Origin: Escherichia coli
GTDB lineage: Bacteria; Pseudomonadota; Gammaproteobacteria; Enterobacterales; Enterobacteriaceae
Length of the DNA stretch: 64,000 bases
Direction: 5' to 3' (one strand)
Assembly (NCBI RefSeq): GCF_022846255.1
Contig: NZ_AP025682.1
Every line of letters starts with the position of its first letter. The stretch's first letter is position 1. The position numbers and the translations under genes were made by a program. Below, in pieces: positions 45,721 to 57,061 of this stretch. The notes beneath the pieces are model-generated. The model worked only from the letters and a program-made list of their open reading frames with translations, did no database searches and was not told where the DNA came from.

Positions 45721-46125
45721 ATGCGTGCTTTACCGATCTGTTTAGTAGCACTCATGCTAAGCGGCTGTTCCATGTTAAGCAGATCCCCTGTCGAACCCGT
45801 TCAAAGCACTGCACCCCAGCCGAAAGCGGAGCCTGCAAAACCGAAAGCGCCGCGCGCCACGCCGGTCCGAATTTATACCAATGCAGAAGAATTAGTCGGC
45901 AAACCGTTCCGCGATCTCGGTGAAGTCAGTGGCGACTCTTGCCAGGCCTCTAATCAGGACTCTCCGCCGAGCATTCCAACCGCACGTAAGCGGATGCAAA
46001 TCAACGCCTCGAAAATGAAAGCCAATGCGGTATTACTGCATAGCTGCGAAGTCACCAGCGGTACGCCAGGTTGCTATCGTCAGGCTGTATGTATCGGTTC
46101 TGCGCTTAACATCACGGCGAAATGA
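45721..46125 (+). CDS. rcsF: outer-membrane lipoprotein RcsF (Rcs phosphorelay sensor)
   Basis: 134 aa; lipobox LSGC, Pro-rich linker, C-terminal Cys pairs. Confidence 0.9.
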   Translation: MRALPICLVALMLSGCSMLSRSPVEPVQSTAPQPKAEPAKPKAPRATPVRIYTNAEELVGKPFRDLGEVSGDSCQASNQDSPPSIPTARKRMQINASKMKANAVLLHSCEVTSGTPGCYRQAVCIGSALNITAK

Positions 46126-46829
46126 GCAGTTTCCAGTTCGAGCAAATAGGCGTTATTCGCTCGCCCTATAAAGAAAAATTCGCCGTTCCGCGCCAGCCAG
46201 GTCTGGTAAAAAGCGCCAACGGCGAACTACATCTCATTGCTCCCTACAACCAGGCCGACGCCGTTCGCGGCCTGGAAGCATTCAGCCATTTATGGATCCT
46301 TTTCGTCTTTCATCAAACGATGGAAGGCGGCTGGCGTCCGACTGTGCGTCCGCCTCGTCTCGGCGGTAATGCCAGAATGGGTGTTTTCGCTACGCGCTCC
46401 ACTTTTCGCCCTAACCCGATTGGTATGTCGCTGGTAGAGCTGAAAGAGGTTGTTTGCCATAAAGACAGCGTGATTCTGAAGCTCGGCAGTCTGGATCTGG
46501 TCGATGGTACGCCGGTAGTGGATATCAAACCGTATCTCCCCTTTGCTGAATCGCTTCCCGATGCCAGTGCCAGCTATGCGCAAAGTGCGCCAGCGGCAGA
46601 AATGGCGGTGTGTTTTACCGCAGAGGTCGAAAAGCAGCTTTTGACGCTGGAGAAGCGTTATCCGCAGTTAACGCTGTTTATCCGCGAAGTACTGGCGCAG
46701 GACCCGCGCCCGGCCTATCGTAAAGGTGAGGAAACGGGCAAAACCTATGCCGTCTGGCTGCATGATTTTAACGTTCGCTGGCGCGTCACCGACGCAGGTT
46801 TTGAAGTCTTTGCGCTGGAACCGCGTTAA
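46122..46829 (+). CDS. tsaA: tRNA (adenine37-N6)-methyltransferase TsaA (YaeB)
   Basis: 235 aa; 4-nt overlap with rcsF; synteny. Confidence 0.88.
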   Translation: MSSFQFEQIGVIRSPYKEKFAVPRQPGLVKSANGELHLIAPYNQADAVRGLEAFSHLWILFVFHQTMEGGWRPTVRPPRLGGNARMGVFATRSTFRPNPIGMSLVELKEVVCHKDSVILKLGSLDLVDGTPVVDIKPYLPFAESLPDASASYAQSAPAAEMAVCFTAEVEKQLLTLEKRYPQLTLFIREVLAQDPRPAYRKGEETGKTYAVWLHDFNVRWRVTDAGFEVFALEPR

Positions 46830-46939
46830 ATTCACGCCCTTCTCTTTTGACATTTCTTTTGCACTGGTAAACTAAATCACTTTTTTTGTCCCAGGCTCGC
46901 CTTGAGCCTGTTCTACCTTCCAACTGGAACCGTAACAAC

Positions 46940-48658
46940 ATGCGTACTAGCCAATACCTGCTCTCCACTCTCAAGGAGACACCTGCCGACGCCGAGGTGA
47001 TCAGCCATCAGCTGATGCTGCGCGCCGGGATGATCCGCAAGCTGGCCTCCGGGTTATATACCTGGCTGCCGACCGGCGTGCGCGTTCTGAAAAAAGTCGA
47101 AAACATCGTGCGTGAAGAGATGAACAACGCCGGTGCGATCGAGGTGTTAATGCCGGTGGTTCAGCCATCTGAACTGTGGCAAGAGAGTGGTCGTTGGGAA
47201 CAGTATGGCCCGGAATTGCTGCGTATTGCTGACCGTGGTGACCGTCCGTTCGTACTCGGCCCAACTCATGAAGAAGTGATTACAGACCTGATTCGTAACG
47301 AGCTGAGCTCTTACAAACAGCTGCCGCTGAACTTCTATCAGATCCAGACCAAGTTCCGCGACGAAGTGCGTCCGCGTTTCGGCGTCATGCGTTCCCGCGA
47401 ATTCCTGATGAAAGATGCTTACTCTTTCCATACTTCTCAGGAATCCCTGCAGGAAACCTACGATGCAATGTATGCGGCCTACAGCAAAATCTTCAGCCGC
47501 ATGGGGCTGGATTTCCGCGCCGTACAGGCCGATACCGGTTCTATCGGCGGTAGCGCCTCTCACGAATTTCAGGTGCTGGCTCAGAGCGGTGAAGACGATG
47601 TGGTCTTCTCCGATACTTCTGACTACGCAGCGAACATTGAACTGGCAGAAGCTATCGCGCCGAAAGAACCGCGCGCTGCTGCTACCCAGGAAATGACGCT
47701 GGTTGATACGCCGAACGCGAAAACCATCGCGGAACTGGTTGAACAGTTCAATCTGCCGATTGAGAAAACGGTTAAGACTCTGCTGGTTAAAGCCGTTGAA
47801 GGCAGTAGCTTCCCGCTGGTTGCGCTGCTGGTGCGCGGTGACCACGAGCTGAACGAAGTTAAAGCAGAAAAACTGCCGCAGGTTGCCAGCCCGCTGACTT
47901 TTGCGACCGAAGAAGAAATTCGTGCCGTGGTTAAAGCCGGTCCGGGTTCACTGGGTCCGGTAAACATGCCGATTCCGGTGGTGATTGACCGTACCGTTGC
48001 GGCGATGAGTGATTTCGCTGCTGGTGCTAACATCGATGGTAAACACTACTTCGGTATCAACTGGGATCGCGATGTCGCTACCCCGGAAATTGCTGATATC
48101 CGCAACGTGGTGGCTGGCGATCCAAGCCCGGATGGTCAGGGTACGCTGCTGATCAAACGTGGTATCGAAGTCGGTCACATCTTCCAGCTGGGTACCAAGT
48201 ACTCCGAAGCACTGAAAGCCTCCGTACAGGGTGAAGATGGCCGTAACCAAATCCTGACGATGGGTTGCTACGGTATCGGCGTAACGCGTGTGGTAGCAGC
48301 GGCGATTGAGCAGAACTACGACGAACGCGGCATCGTATGGCCTGACGCTATCGCGCCGTTCCAGGTGGCGATTCTGCCAATGAACATGCACAAATCCTTC
48401 CGCGTACAGGAACTTGCTGAGAAACTGTACAGCGAACTGCGCGCACAAGGTATCGAAGTGCTGCTGGATGACCGCAAAGAGCGTCCGGGCGTGATGTTTG
48501 CTGATATGGAACTGATCGGTATTCCGCACACTATTGTGCTGGGCGACCGTAACCTCGACAACGATGATATCGAATATAAATATCGTCGTAACGGCGAGAA
48601 ACAGTTAATTAAGACTGGTGACATCGTCGATTATCTGGTGAAACAGATTAAAGGCTGA
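46940..48658 (+). CDS. proS: prolyl-tRNA synthetase
   Basis: Class II aaRS; start taken at [20 protein letters not shown] within the longer track ORF. Confidence 0.93.
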
Positions 48659-48664
48659 TGCCAG

Positions 48665-48700
48665 AAAGGGTCCTGAATTTCGGGGCCCTTTTTTACATGG
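48665..48700 (+). terminator. rho-independent terminator after proS
   Basis: Hairpin aagggtcc...ggggccctt followed by TTTT. Confidence 0.5.
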
Positions 48701-48710
48701 ATTGTATAAA

Positions 48711-49535
48711 ATGGATAAACCAAAGGCGTACTGCCGCCTGCTTCTCCCCTGCTTTCTTTTACTTTCGGCCTGTACCGTTGATATCAGCCAGCCAGACTCA
48801 TCAGCCACAGTGGTAAATGCCGAGGCGAAAACATGGGCTGTTAAATTCCAGCATCAAAGCTCTTTCACCGAACAATCAATAAAAGAAATAACGGAACCAG
48901 ATCTCAAACCCGGCGATTTGCTTTTCTCCTCAAGCCTTGGGGTAACCTCATTTGGTATCCGCGTATTCAGCACTTCCTCTGTGAGTCACGTTGCAATCTA
49001 TTTGGGAGATAATAACGTTGCCGAAGCGACAGGCGCTGGCGTCCAGATTGTTTCCCTTAAAAAAGCCATAAAGCATAGTGATAAGCTTTTCGTCTTACGA
49101 GTCCCGGATCTTACCCCGCAACAAGCCACAGAAATCACCGCGTTCGCCAACAAAATTAAAGATAGCGGTTACAACTATCGCGGCATTGTCGAATTTATTC
49201 CATTTATGGTGACTCGCCAGATGTGCTCACTAAATCCGTTCTCCGAGGATTTTCGTCAACAGTGCGTCAGCGGCCTGGCGAAAGCGCAGTTAAGCAGTGT
49301 GGGCGAAGGAGACAAAAAGTCGTGGTTTTGTTCGGAATTTGTCACTGATGCATTTGCCAAAGCCGGGCATCCGCTTACGCTGGCGCAATCAGGCTGGATT
49401 AGCCCTGCCGATCTGATGCATATGCGTACTGGCGATATCTCTGCGTTTAAGCCAGAAACGCAGTTACAGTATGTTGGGCACATGAAGCCTGGGATTTATA
49501 TCAAGACAGGCCGCTTTGTTGGGCTGACTCAGTGA
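48711..49535 (+). CDS. yaeF: lipoprotein YaeF (NlpC/P60-like fold)
   Basis: Lipobox LLSAC; synteny between proS and nlpE. Confidence 0.85.
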   Translation: MDKPKAYCRLLLPCFLLLSACTVDISQPDSSATVVNAEAKTWAVKFQHQSSFTEQSIKEITEPDLKPGDLLFSSSLGVTSFGIRVFSTSSVSHVAIYLGDNNVAEATGAGVQIVSLKKAIKHSDKLFVLRVPDLTPQQATEITAFANKIKDSGYNYRGIVEFIPFMVTRQMCSLNPFSEDFRQQCVSGLAKAQLSSVGEGDKKSWFCSEFVTDAFAKAGHPLTLAQSGWISPADLMHMRTGDISAFKPETQLQYVGHMKPGIYIKTGRFVGLTQ

Positions 49536-49560
49536 TAAAAGCCAGCCTCGTGCGCAAAAT

Positions 49561-49594
49561 GCCGGATGCGGCGTGAACGCCTTATCCGGCCTAC
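49561..49594. repeat. REP (repetitive extragenic palindromic) element
   Basis: gccggatgcggcgtgaacgccttatccggcctac is a canonical E. coli REP. Confidence 0.8.
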
Positions 49595-49690
49595 AAAATT
49601 GTGCTAATTCAAAATATTGCATTGTATGCTTTAGGACTGATAAGCGCAGCGCATGAGGCAATATTTCATTTGTTTCTGTCTCAAGACGGG

Positions 49691-50401
49691 TTACAGCCCC
49701 AAACTACTGCAATCCTGGTTCGGGTAAAATTTACCTGCCGTATCGGGCGCTAATACTTTGGTTGGCGCACCGGTATCCGGATTAGCCTCAAGCGTAAAGT
49801 GACCTTCTACTGACAGTAACATCGGTTTTTCACTATGACCGCGCGCAGCCAGGTAGCTACGCTCCAGCTCTGCATTATTCGCTACCATGAAACGTTTTCC
49901 GGTCGCGCAATCAGTGAAGGTCGCCGCATCAGCCATATAAAAATACATGCCCCGCAGGGTCATCGGCGTCATGGGTAAACTGGATTGCGCCGGTTCCAGC
50001 GTATAGTTGAACTGCGATTCAATCGGATTACCTTCACGATCGAGCATCTCCAGCGCATCGCCTTTCGCCCGATAATATGACTTTTCACCTTTGCTGTCGG
50101 TTAATACCAGCTTGTCAGCGGTTCGCGCCCATGTACCGTAGGAAGCGAAAGAGGAAGGCTCTTCACGCGCACCAAGATAGCGTTCATTCATCACCCAGGT
50201 TCCATCTTTTTCGAGGAACAAAGAGGTTTCGATCCCTTCGCAATCGGCACACGGCAGCACGCCGCGCCAACTTTGCGGCATCGGTTTCAGTTCGGCAGCC
50301 TGCGCCGGAGAAAGCGTGTCGACTTCGGCCCGATTATTACATCCCATCAGAGTAAAGAGGCTGATTACAGCCATCGCTGTCACTATCGCTTTTTTCACCA
50401 T
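49691..50401 (-). CDS. nlpE: copper-resistance/envelope-stress lipoprotein NlpE (CutF)
   Basis: 236 aa; lipobox LMGC; CxxC motif (CADCEG). Confidence 0.9.
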   Translation of the reverse strand: MVKKAIVTAMAVISLFTLMGCNNRAEVDTLSPAQAAELKPMPQSWRGVLPCADCEGIETSLFLEKDGTWVMNERYLGAREEPSSFASYGTWARTADKLVLTDSKGEKSYYRAKGDALEMLDREGNPIESQFNYTLEPAQSSLPMTPMTLRGMYFYMADAATFTDCATGKRFMVANNAELERSYLAARGHSEKPMLLSVEGHFTLEANPDTGAPTKVLAPDTAGKFYPNQDCSSLGL

Positions 50402-50414
50402 CCATTCCTTCTTT

Positions 50415-50837
50415 TTATTCCCGACCGCTGCGCACTTTGCCGCGCATCGCCTTCACGCTTGATTTTTGTGCTTTCGATGCCAGCCTGCGCTCTTTTGATG
50501 CGCGGGTGGGCCGCGTGGGTCGTCGGGCTTTTTGTTCTGTTGTTAAATCTTTAATCACTGCCACCAGCCGGGCCAGCGCCGCTTCGCGGTTCAGTTCCTG
50601 ACTGCGGTATTCCTGTGCCTTAATGACAATCACGCCATCACTGCTGATCAAATGATGGCTGGCGGCGAGCAGACGCTCTTTGTAATACTCTGGCAGGCTG
50701 GACGCCCGAATGTCAAAACGCAGATGAATAGCCGTTGAGGTCTTATTAACATGCTGCCCGCCCGCGCCCTGCGCACGAATGGCGGTGATCTCAAGCTCAC
50801 CATCGGGGATAGCAACATGTCGGGAAATCACAATCAT
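50415..50837 (-). CDS. arfB: peptidyl-tRNA hydrolase ArfB (YaeJ), ribosome rescue factor
   Basis: 140 aa; GGQ motif ([10 protein letters not shown]) and basic C-terminal tail. Confidence 0.92.
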   Translation of the reverse strand: MIVISRHVAIPDGELEITAIRAQGAGGQHVNKTSTAIHLRFDIRASSLPEYYKERLLAASHHLISSDGVIVIKAQEYRSQELNREAALARLVAVIKDLTTEQKARRPTRPTRASKERRLASKAQKSSVKAMRGKVRSGRE

Positions 50838-51379
50838 GAAGGTTGTTGCCAGACGGTTAAGTTCACTTCCAGATTATTCTTATCATCCGATAACCAGATC
50901 ACGCCATCCTGAATCGTTGCCTGCAGCGTCATGGTACGATCGGCAAAGGCGCTTACTTTCGCCAGTTGTTCATCGTCCAGATACCAGACGGAAAGATTGG
51001 CAAACTGCGCACATTTGCTCTGATTTTGCTGCCACCAGATTTGCGCCGCCCGACTATTATAGGCAAACAGCGCTACTTCTGCGGCCTGGGTGCAGGCTTT
51101 CTTAATCCGCCGCTCATCCGGCAGCCCCAGCTCAATCCACAAATCAATACCCAAATGATCGTTACGCAGCCACGCTTCCGGCTCATCATCGGCACACAAA
51201 CCACGGGTAAATTGCAGACGTTCATCGGCATATTTTAGCCACGCCAGCAGGCGCAGCATCATGCGCTCCTGGGTTTCTGAAGGATGGCGCGCCAGCGTCA
51301 GAGAGGCATCGAGAAACTGGTTGCGGTCGAGATCGGCCACATTAACCGTCGCTTTATAAATTGTCGCTTTAAGCGCCAT
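50834..51379 (-). CDS. yaeQ: YaeQ-family protein
   Basis: 181 aa; 4-nt overlap with arfB; synteny. Confidence 0.88.
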   Translation of the reverse strand: MALKATIYKATVNVADLDRNQFLDASLTLARHPSETQERMMLRLLAWLKYADERLQFTRGLCADDEPEAWLRNDHLGIDLWIELGLPDERRIKKACTQAAEVALFAYNSRAAQIWWQQNQSKCAQFANLSVWYLDDEQLAKVSAFADRTMTLQATIQDGVIWLSDDKNNLEVNLTVWQQPS

Positions 51380-51544
51380 AAGAAAACTCCTTTCGAATCA
51401 GGAGGCCATTGTAACGGAATACGTGCAGTTGCGGCGCTGATATTGCAGAAATGAGTGAGGTATAGTCACCTTGCGAAACAGAGTTTATCTTCGTAGGCTT
51501 AGACTTGCATCCACGGTTAAGTCAGAGTGCTGACAGGAGGGCAT

Positions 51545-51745
51545 GTGGAAAAATATTGTGAGTTAATACGCAAGCGGTACGCGGAAATCGCCAGCGGAGA
51601 CTTAGGATACGTTCCGGACGCGCTGGGCTGCGTTTTGAAAGTGCTGAATGAAATGGCTGCCGACGACGCCCTTTCTGAGGCTGTCAGGGAAAAAGCAGCA
51701 TACGCTGCGGCAAACTTACTGGTGAGCGATTATGTCAATGAATGA
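51545..51745 (+). CDS. yaeP: UPF0253 protein YaeP
   Basis: Translation from a GTG start gives [28 protein letters not shown]...; preceded by AGGAGG. Confidence 0.85.
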
Positions 51746-51992
51746 TACGTATCAACCAATCAATTGTGATGATTACGATAATCTTGAGCTCGCCTGCCAG
51801 CATCATTTAATGCTGGCACTTGAGCTGAAAGATGGCGAAAAATTGCAGGCGAAGGCCAGCGATTTAGTCTCCCGCAAAAATGTGGAGTATCTGGTCGTCG
51901 AGGCCGCTGGTACAACCCGCGAGCTGCGTCTGGATAAAATTACCAGCTTTAGCCACCCGGAAATCGGTACGGTGGTGGTGAGCGAGTCCTGA
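51738..51992 (+). CDS. rof: Rho-binding antiterminator Rof (YaeO)
   Basis: [26 protein letters not shown]... recognised as Rof; overlaps the yaeP 3' end. Confidence 0.88.
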
Positions 51993-52001
51993 TTGACTTT
52001 C

Positions 52002-52034
52002 GCCGGATGCGACGTTTGAAGCGTCTTATCCGGC
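52002..52034. repeat. REP-like palindromic element
   Basis: gccggatgcgacgtttgaagcgtcttatccggc, REP-like, between rof and tilS. Confidence 0.6.
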
Positions 52035-52040
52035 TTTCAC

Positions 52041-53339
52041 TTAACTAAGCGTTTTCTTCCAGACAAAACTGACGCCATTCTCACCTTCAGCCACACCTTC
52101 TTGCGTCACAAATACCCCTGCCGCCGCAATCAACGTTTCGCCATAAAACAGCAGTGGCGTGGTGTCACGTAGCCACGGCGGCACGCCCAGCTCTTGCCAG
52201 ATTTTCTTCAGCTTACGTCCGCCGTTGCGCCCGATAATATGCAGCAATCCTGGCGCTTTGAAACGCACGCTGACCGCTTCGTCTGCACGCGGAGGGCGAA
52301 TATCGCCTCCCGCAGTAAGCTGTACACTTCCCAGTCCCGCCGGTAATTCCAGCGGTTGTAGCCACGTCTGCCACGGCACAATGGTTTCGCTTTGCCCGGC
52401 AACGGATTTAATCCACCACAGTTGCGACTGATAGCGGCGGATTTCAAACGCGCCCAGACGTAAACAGGGGGAAGCATCTTCCCGCGCCAGCGCCACTTCC
52501 TGCCAGATCCTCACCAACGCGTCGCGGGAAGGCATCGGTGCATTCTTCCCTGCCAGCCAGCGGCGGATAATCGCCGCGCGGCGGGCATCACTCATCGCCA
52601 GCATTGGCGCAATCTGCAGCGTCCCCTGCGACGTTTGACAGTGCGCTATATCATCCGCCAGCAGTTCATCTAACAGGCTCTCTTGTTCAGCGCAAAGCGC
52701 AGCGCTGCGGGCCGTTGCTTCGGCAAAATGCGGCCAACGCTGCTGCAATAACGGCACCACGCGCAGGCGCAGGAAGTTACGATCGTAGCTATCATCCTGA
52801 TTACTTTCGTCTTCAATCCAGCGTAAATCATACTGACGCGCCCACTGCTCCAGTTCCCCCCGCGTGCGGGCAAGCAACGGGCGGATAAGCCGCGTTCCGG
52901 CAAACGCCGAAACTTCCGCCATAGCCGAAAGCCCGGCAGGGCCGCTACCGCGTTTTAGCGCCAGCAGAAAGGTTTCACATTGATCGTCGAGATGTTGCGC
53001 TGTAACCAGCACTTCACCGGGCAACAAGGTGCGGGCAAATGCCTGATAACGTGCCTGCCGCGCCTGGGCCTCAATACCTAGCCCCTCTTGCGCAAGTTGT
53101 ACGCGCTCGACCACCAGCGGCACCTGCCACTGTTGGCAGATGTTTTCGCAATGCGTAACCCAGGCGTCGGCATTGGCACTTAAACCGTGATGCACATGGA
53201 TAGCGCGCAGAGTGACGCCCGGATTTTCCGCCCGCCACTGCACCAACTGATGCAGCAGAACGGTAGAGTCAAGCCCGCCGCTAAAGGCCACCAGAATCTG
53301 GCGTGAGGTGAGAAGTTGTCTATTGAGCGTGAGTGTCAT
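52041..53339 (-). CDS. tilS: tRNA(Ile)-lysidine synthetase
   Basis: 432 aa; PP-loop motif SGGLDS near the N-terminus. Confidence 0.92.
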   Translation of the reverse strand: MTLTLNRQLLTSRQILVAFSGGLDSTVLLHQLVQWRAENPGVTLRAIHVHHGLSANADAWVTHCENICQQWQVPLVVERVQLAQEGLGIEAQARQARYQAFARTLLPGEVLVTAQHLDDQCETFLLALKRGSGPAGLSAMAEVSAFAGTRLIRPLLARTRGELEQWARQYDLRWIEDESNQDDSYDRNFLRLRVVPLLQQRWPHFAEATARSAALCAEQESLLDELLADDIAHCQTSQGTLQIAPMLAMSDARRAAIIRRWLAGKNAPMPSRDALVRIWQEVALAREDASPCLRLGAFEIRRYQSQLWWIKSVAGQSETIVPWQTWLQPLELPAGLGSVQLTAGGDIRPPRADEAVSVRFKAPGLLHIIGRNGGRKLKKIWQELGVPPWLRDTTPLLFYGETLIAAAGVFVTQEGVAEGENGVSFVWKKTLS

Positions 53340-53403
53340 GATGATGCGATTTTACAGTAGCAATGCCCGGCACGTTACCGGGCAAATGCGGCGATGACAA
53401 GCC

Positions 53404-53793
53404 TTACTGCTCATACAGTTCCAACGGCAGCCCGTCCGGATCGTTAAAGAACGTGAAGCGTTTTTGCGTGTATGGATCGACACGGATGGCTTCACACTTC
53501 ACGTTATGGCTTTCAAGGTGCGCCACTGCCGCATCGATATCATCAACGCTAAAAGCCAGATGACGCAGGCCGCAAGCTTCCGGTCGGCTGGGGCGCTCCG
53601 GCGGGAACGGAAATGAGAAAAGCTCAATCACATATTGCCCATTAAGCGCCAAATCCCCTTTCCACGAGTCGCGCGCTTCGCGATAGACTTCGCTTTGCAG
53701 CGTGAAACCAAGAATATCGCAGTAGAACGCTTTGCTCATCGCATAATCCGTCGCAATAATCGCAATATGGTGAACCTGTTTTAAACCCAGCAT
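53404..53793 (-). CDS. yaeR: glyoxalase/VOC-family protein YaeR
   Basis: Start taken at MLGLKQVHHIAIIATDY within the longer track ORF; synteny. Confidence 0.85.
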   Translation of the reverse strand: MLGLKQVHHIAIIATDYAMSKAFYCDILGFTLQSEVYREARDSWKGDLALNGQYVIELFSFPFPPERPSRPEACGLRHLAFSVDDIDAAVAHLESHNVKCEAIRVDPYTQKRFTFFNDPDGLPLELYEQ

Positions 53794-53849
53794 AACGTCT
53801 CCTTTATTTGTTAACAGCACGTTACTCGCCCGGAAGCCGCTCTGGCAAG

Positions 53850-55991
53850 TTATCCTGCCATTTTTAGGACTCGTACGCGGTAAACGCCGTCTTCGTCCTG
53901 TTTCGCGCCGTGAATATCCGTTTCAAAACCGGGGTAATGTTGCCCTACGGAACAAAGCATCAGTAGAAAATCGAGTACCGTGCGGCTCTCTTCGGTAAGC
54001 ATTTCTCCCGGCATCAGCAGCGGTACGCCGGGTGGATAAGGCAGGATCATATTTGCCGATACTCTACCGACCAGTTGTTCCAGCGCAATGGTTTCTACTT
54101 CGCCTTTAATCTGTCTCTGCCATGCCTGATGCGGCGTCATGATCATCTCCGGCAAGGTATCAAATGCCCGCAACATCAAACCGGGAAGATCGTGTTTACG
54201 AATCAGCTTATGGATCCCTTGCGCCAGATCCTGAATACGCATATTGCGGTAGAAATCAGGATCTTCTGCATAGAGATCGGGCAGCATATTTTTGATCCGC
54301 AGGTTGAGATCATAAGAGCGCTTAAATTCCGTCAACCCACGCAATAATCCCATTGCTTTGGTTTTATCGATGCCAATACTAAAAAGAAACAGCAGGTTAT
54401 ACGGGCCGGTTTTCTCTACTACGATCCCACGTTCGTCGAGGAATTTTGCCACCAGCGCCGCCGGGATCCCCTCCTCGCTCATATTGCCCTGCTCGTCCAT
54501 CCCCGGTGTCAAAATAGTGACTTTAACCGGATCGAGAAACATATGATCCGCATCCGCATCGTTAAAGCCGTGCCACTGTTCGCCAGGCGCAACGGGCCAG
54601 CATTCGGCTTCATCCACCTGCGGCGGTTGCCAGATATCGAAAAACCAACCGTCAGACTCTTCCCGCAGCCGCTGGACCTCTTTGCGAAAATGCAGCGCCC
54701 GCTCCACCGAACGGTTAATCAGCCGTTTGCCCGGATTACCACGCAGCATCGCCGCCGCCGTCTCAACCGAAGCAACAATGGGATAACTGGGCGAGGTGGT
54801 GGTATGCATCATAAAGGCTTCGTTAAACGCCTCTTCGTCATACTCGCCTTTAATGTGGATCAGCGAAGCCTGCGATAGCGCCGCCAGCATTTTGTGAGTC
54901 GATTGCGTTTCGAAGATCACTTTTCCCGCAACACGCTCGCCGCTCATACCACTTTTACCCTGGTAGATCGGATGAAAATGGGTGTACGGCACCCAGGCGG
55001 AATCGAAGTGGATCGACGGGACATCCAGCGTCTGTTTGATCCAGTCGGTGTTGTAGAGCAAGCCATCATAGGTGGAGTTGGTAATCACCGCATGAACCGG
55101 CCATTGTGCCTGCGTGGTGGCAGCGACTTTCTCTTCGATGCTGTCGCGAGTAAATTCACGGCGCGGGATCCCACCAAGAATCCCCAACGCATTACGCGTC
55201 GGTTTCAGCCAGACTGGCACTACATCGTTCATCATCAACAGATGCGCCAGTGATTTATGGCAGTTGCGGTCGATCAACAGCGTACTGCCGGATGGCGCGG
55301 CGTACATACCCACAATTTTGTTCGACGTCGATGTTCCGTTGGTAACGATATAACTCTGTTCCGCGCCAAACGTCCGCGCGATGTACTCTTCCGCTTCCAG
55401 GTGTGGCCCGGTGTGGTCGAGCAACGAACCAAGCTCGGTGACCGAAATAGAGACGTCCGCCTTGAGGGTATTCCCGCCGAAAAAATCATAAAACAGACAG
55501 CCAACCGGGCTTTTTTGATATGCGGTGCCGCCCATATGCCCCGGCGTACAAAAGGTGTACTTCCGCTCTTTGACGTAGGTAAACAAGGCTTTCGTGAACG
55601 GCGGTGTAATGTTATCAAGATATTCGTCGGTGTACTGACGCATACGAATGGCGATATCTTCCGCCTGCCCCAGCGCATATTCAAAAAACCAGAGCGCCAT
55701 CCGCATATCCTGCACGCTGACATCCATCGTCGAGTGGGTGTTGATGAAGGCATAAAGCGGGAGATATTCATTAAGCTGATTGATATCGCTACATAAATCG
55801 AGACTGTACTCATCCCAGTCAAAAATCACGCCGCAAATTCGAGGGTTATGTTCGATAAATTTCAGCAAATCAACGCTGTTTTGTGGCCAGATAATCTGAA
55901 AGCCTTGCGCCACCAGCGCCGACTCCAGTTCTTTGATGGGCTCATCTTTATAAAAGACGCCATGCGGTCCCATAATGGCAATGATGTTCAT
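53850..55991 (-). CDS. ldcC: constitutive lysine decarboxylase
   Basis: 713 aa Orn/Lys/Arg decarboxylase-family protein; position next to accA indicates ldcC rather than cadA. Confidence 0.92.
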   Translation of the reverse strand: MNIIAIMGPHGVFYKDEPIKELESALVAQGFQIIWPQNSVDLLKFIEHNPRICGVIFDWDEYSLDLCSDINQLNEYLPLYAFINTHSTMDVSVQDMRMALWFFEYALGQAEDIAIRMRQYTDEYLDNITPPFTKALFTYVKERKYTFCTPGHMGGTAYQKSPVGCLFYDFFGGNTLKADVSISVTELGSLLDHTGPHLEAEEYIARTFGAEQSYIVTNGTSTSNKIVGMYAAPSGSTLLIDRNCHKSLAHLLMMNDVVPVWLKPTRNALGILGGIPRREFTRDSIEEKVAATTQAQWPVHAVITNSTYDGLLYNTDWIKQTLDVPSIHFDSAWVPYTHFHPIYQGKSGMSGERVAGKVIFETQSTHKMLAALSQASLIHIKGEYDEEAFNEAFMMHTTTSPSYPIVASVETAAAMLRGNPGKRLINRSVERALHFRKEVQRLREESDGWFFDIWQPPQVDEAECWPVAPGEQWHGFNDADADHMFLDPVKVTILTPGMDEQGNMSEEGIPAALVAKFLDERGIVVEKTGPYNLLFLFSIGIDKTKAMGLLRGLTEFKRSYDLNLRIKNMLPDLYAEDPDFYRNMRIQDLAQGIHKLIRKHDLPGLMLRAFDTLPEMIMTPHQAWQRQIKGEVETIALEQLVGRVSANMILPYPPGVPLLMPGEMLTEESRTVLDFLLMLCSVGQHYPGFETDIHGAKQDEDGVYRVRVLKMAG

Positions 55992-56089
55992 GTGTTCCTC
56001 CTGGAAAATCCTTCCTTAATCATAGCCTGCTCAAACCGTGGCGATAAAAAAGGGCCACCGAAGTGACCCTTTTTCAGAACTTTTGCGAA

Positions 56090-57049
56090 TTACGCGTAAC
56101 CGTAGCTCATCAGGCGCTGATAACGACGATTTTTTAAATCTTCAGTGCTTAACACGTCGAGATCGGCCAGATCCGCCAGCAGTTGCGCTTTCAACGATGC
56201 CGCCATCGCTTCCGGGTTACGGTGAGCGCCGCCCAGCGGTTCCGGGATGATGGAGTCGATCAGTTTTAGTTCTTTCAGACGCGGAGCAATGATACCCATC
56301 GCTTCAGCCGCCAGCGGCGCTTTGTCAGCGCTCTTCCACAGAATGGACGCACAACCTTCCGGCGAGATAACGGAATAGGTGCTGTATTGCAGCATATTCA
56401 CTTTATCGCCCACGCCAATCGCCAGCGCGCCGCCAGAACCACCTTCACCGATAACGGTACAAATAGTCGGTACGCTAAGGCGAGACATTTCACGCAGGTT
56501 GCGTGCAATGGCTTCAGACTGACCGCGCTCTTCTGCGCCCACGCCCGGATAAGCCCCCGGGGTGTCGATAAAGGTGATGATTGGCATCTTAAAGCGTTCA
56601 GCCATTTGCATCAGACGCAGTGCTTTGCGGTAACCTTCTGGCGCTGGCATACCAAAGTTACGGCGAATTTTTTCTTTGGTTTCACGACCTTTTTGATGAC
56701 CAATGATCATCACCGGACGACCATCGAGACGGGCGATACCACCGACGATAGCTTTATCGTCTGCATACGCGCGGTCGCCAGCCAGTTCGTCAAATTCATC
56801 AAATGCCAGGCGAACGTAATCCAGGGTATAAGGACGCTGTGGATGGCGTGCCAGTTGCGCAATCTGCCATGCACCGAGATCGGCGAAGATTTTACGCGTC
56901 AGTTCTACGCTTTTTTCACGCAAACGATGCACTTCTTCATCGATGTTAATATCCAGTTTCTCATCCTGACGGCTAACCGCAGTCAGAGAATCGATTTTCG
57001 CTTCCAGCTCTGCAATCGGCTGTTCAAAATCAAGGAAATTCAGACTCAT
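56090..57049 (-). CDS. accA: acetyl-CoA carboxylase carboxyltransferase alpha subunit
   Basis: 319 aa; [22 protein letters not shown] is the AccA N-terminus. Confidence 0.95.
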
Positions 57050-57061
57050 AGTATTCCTGTA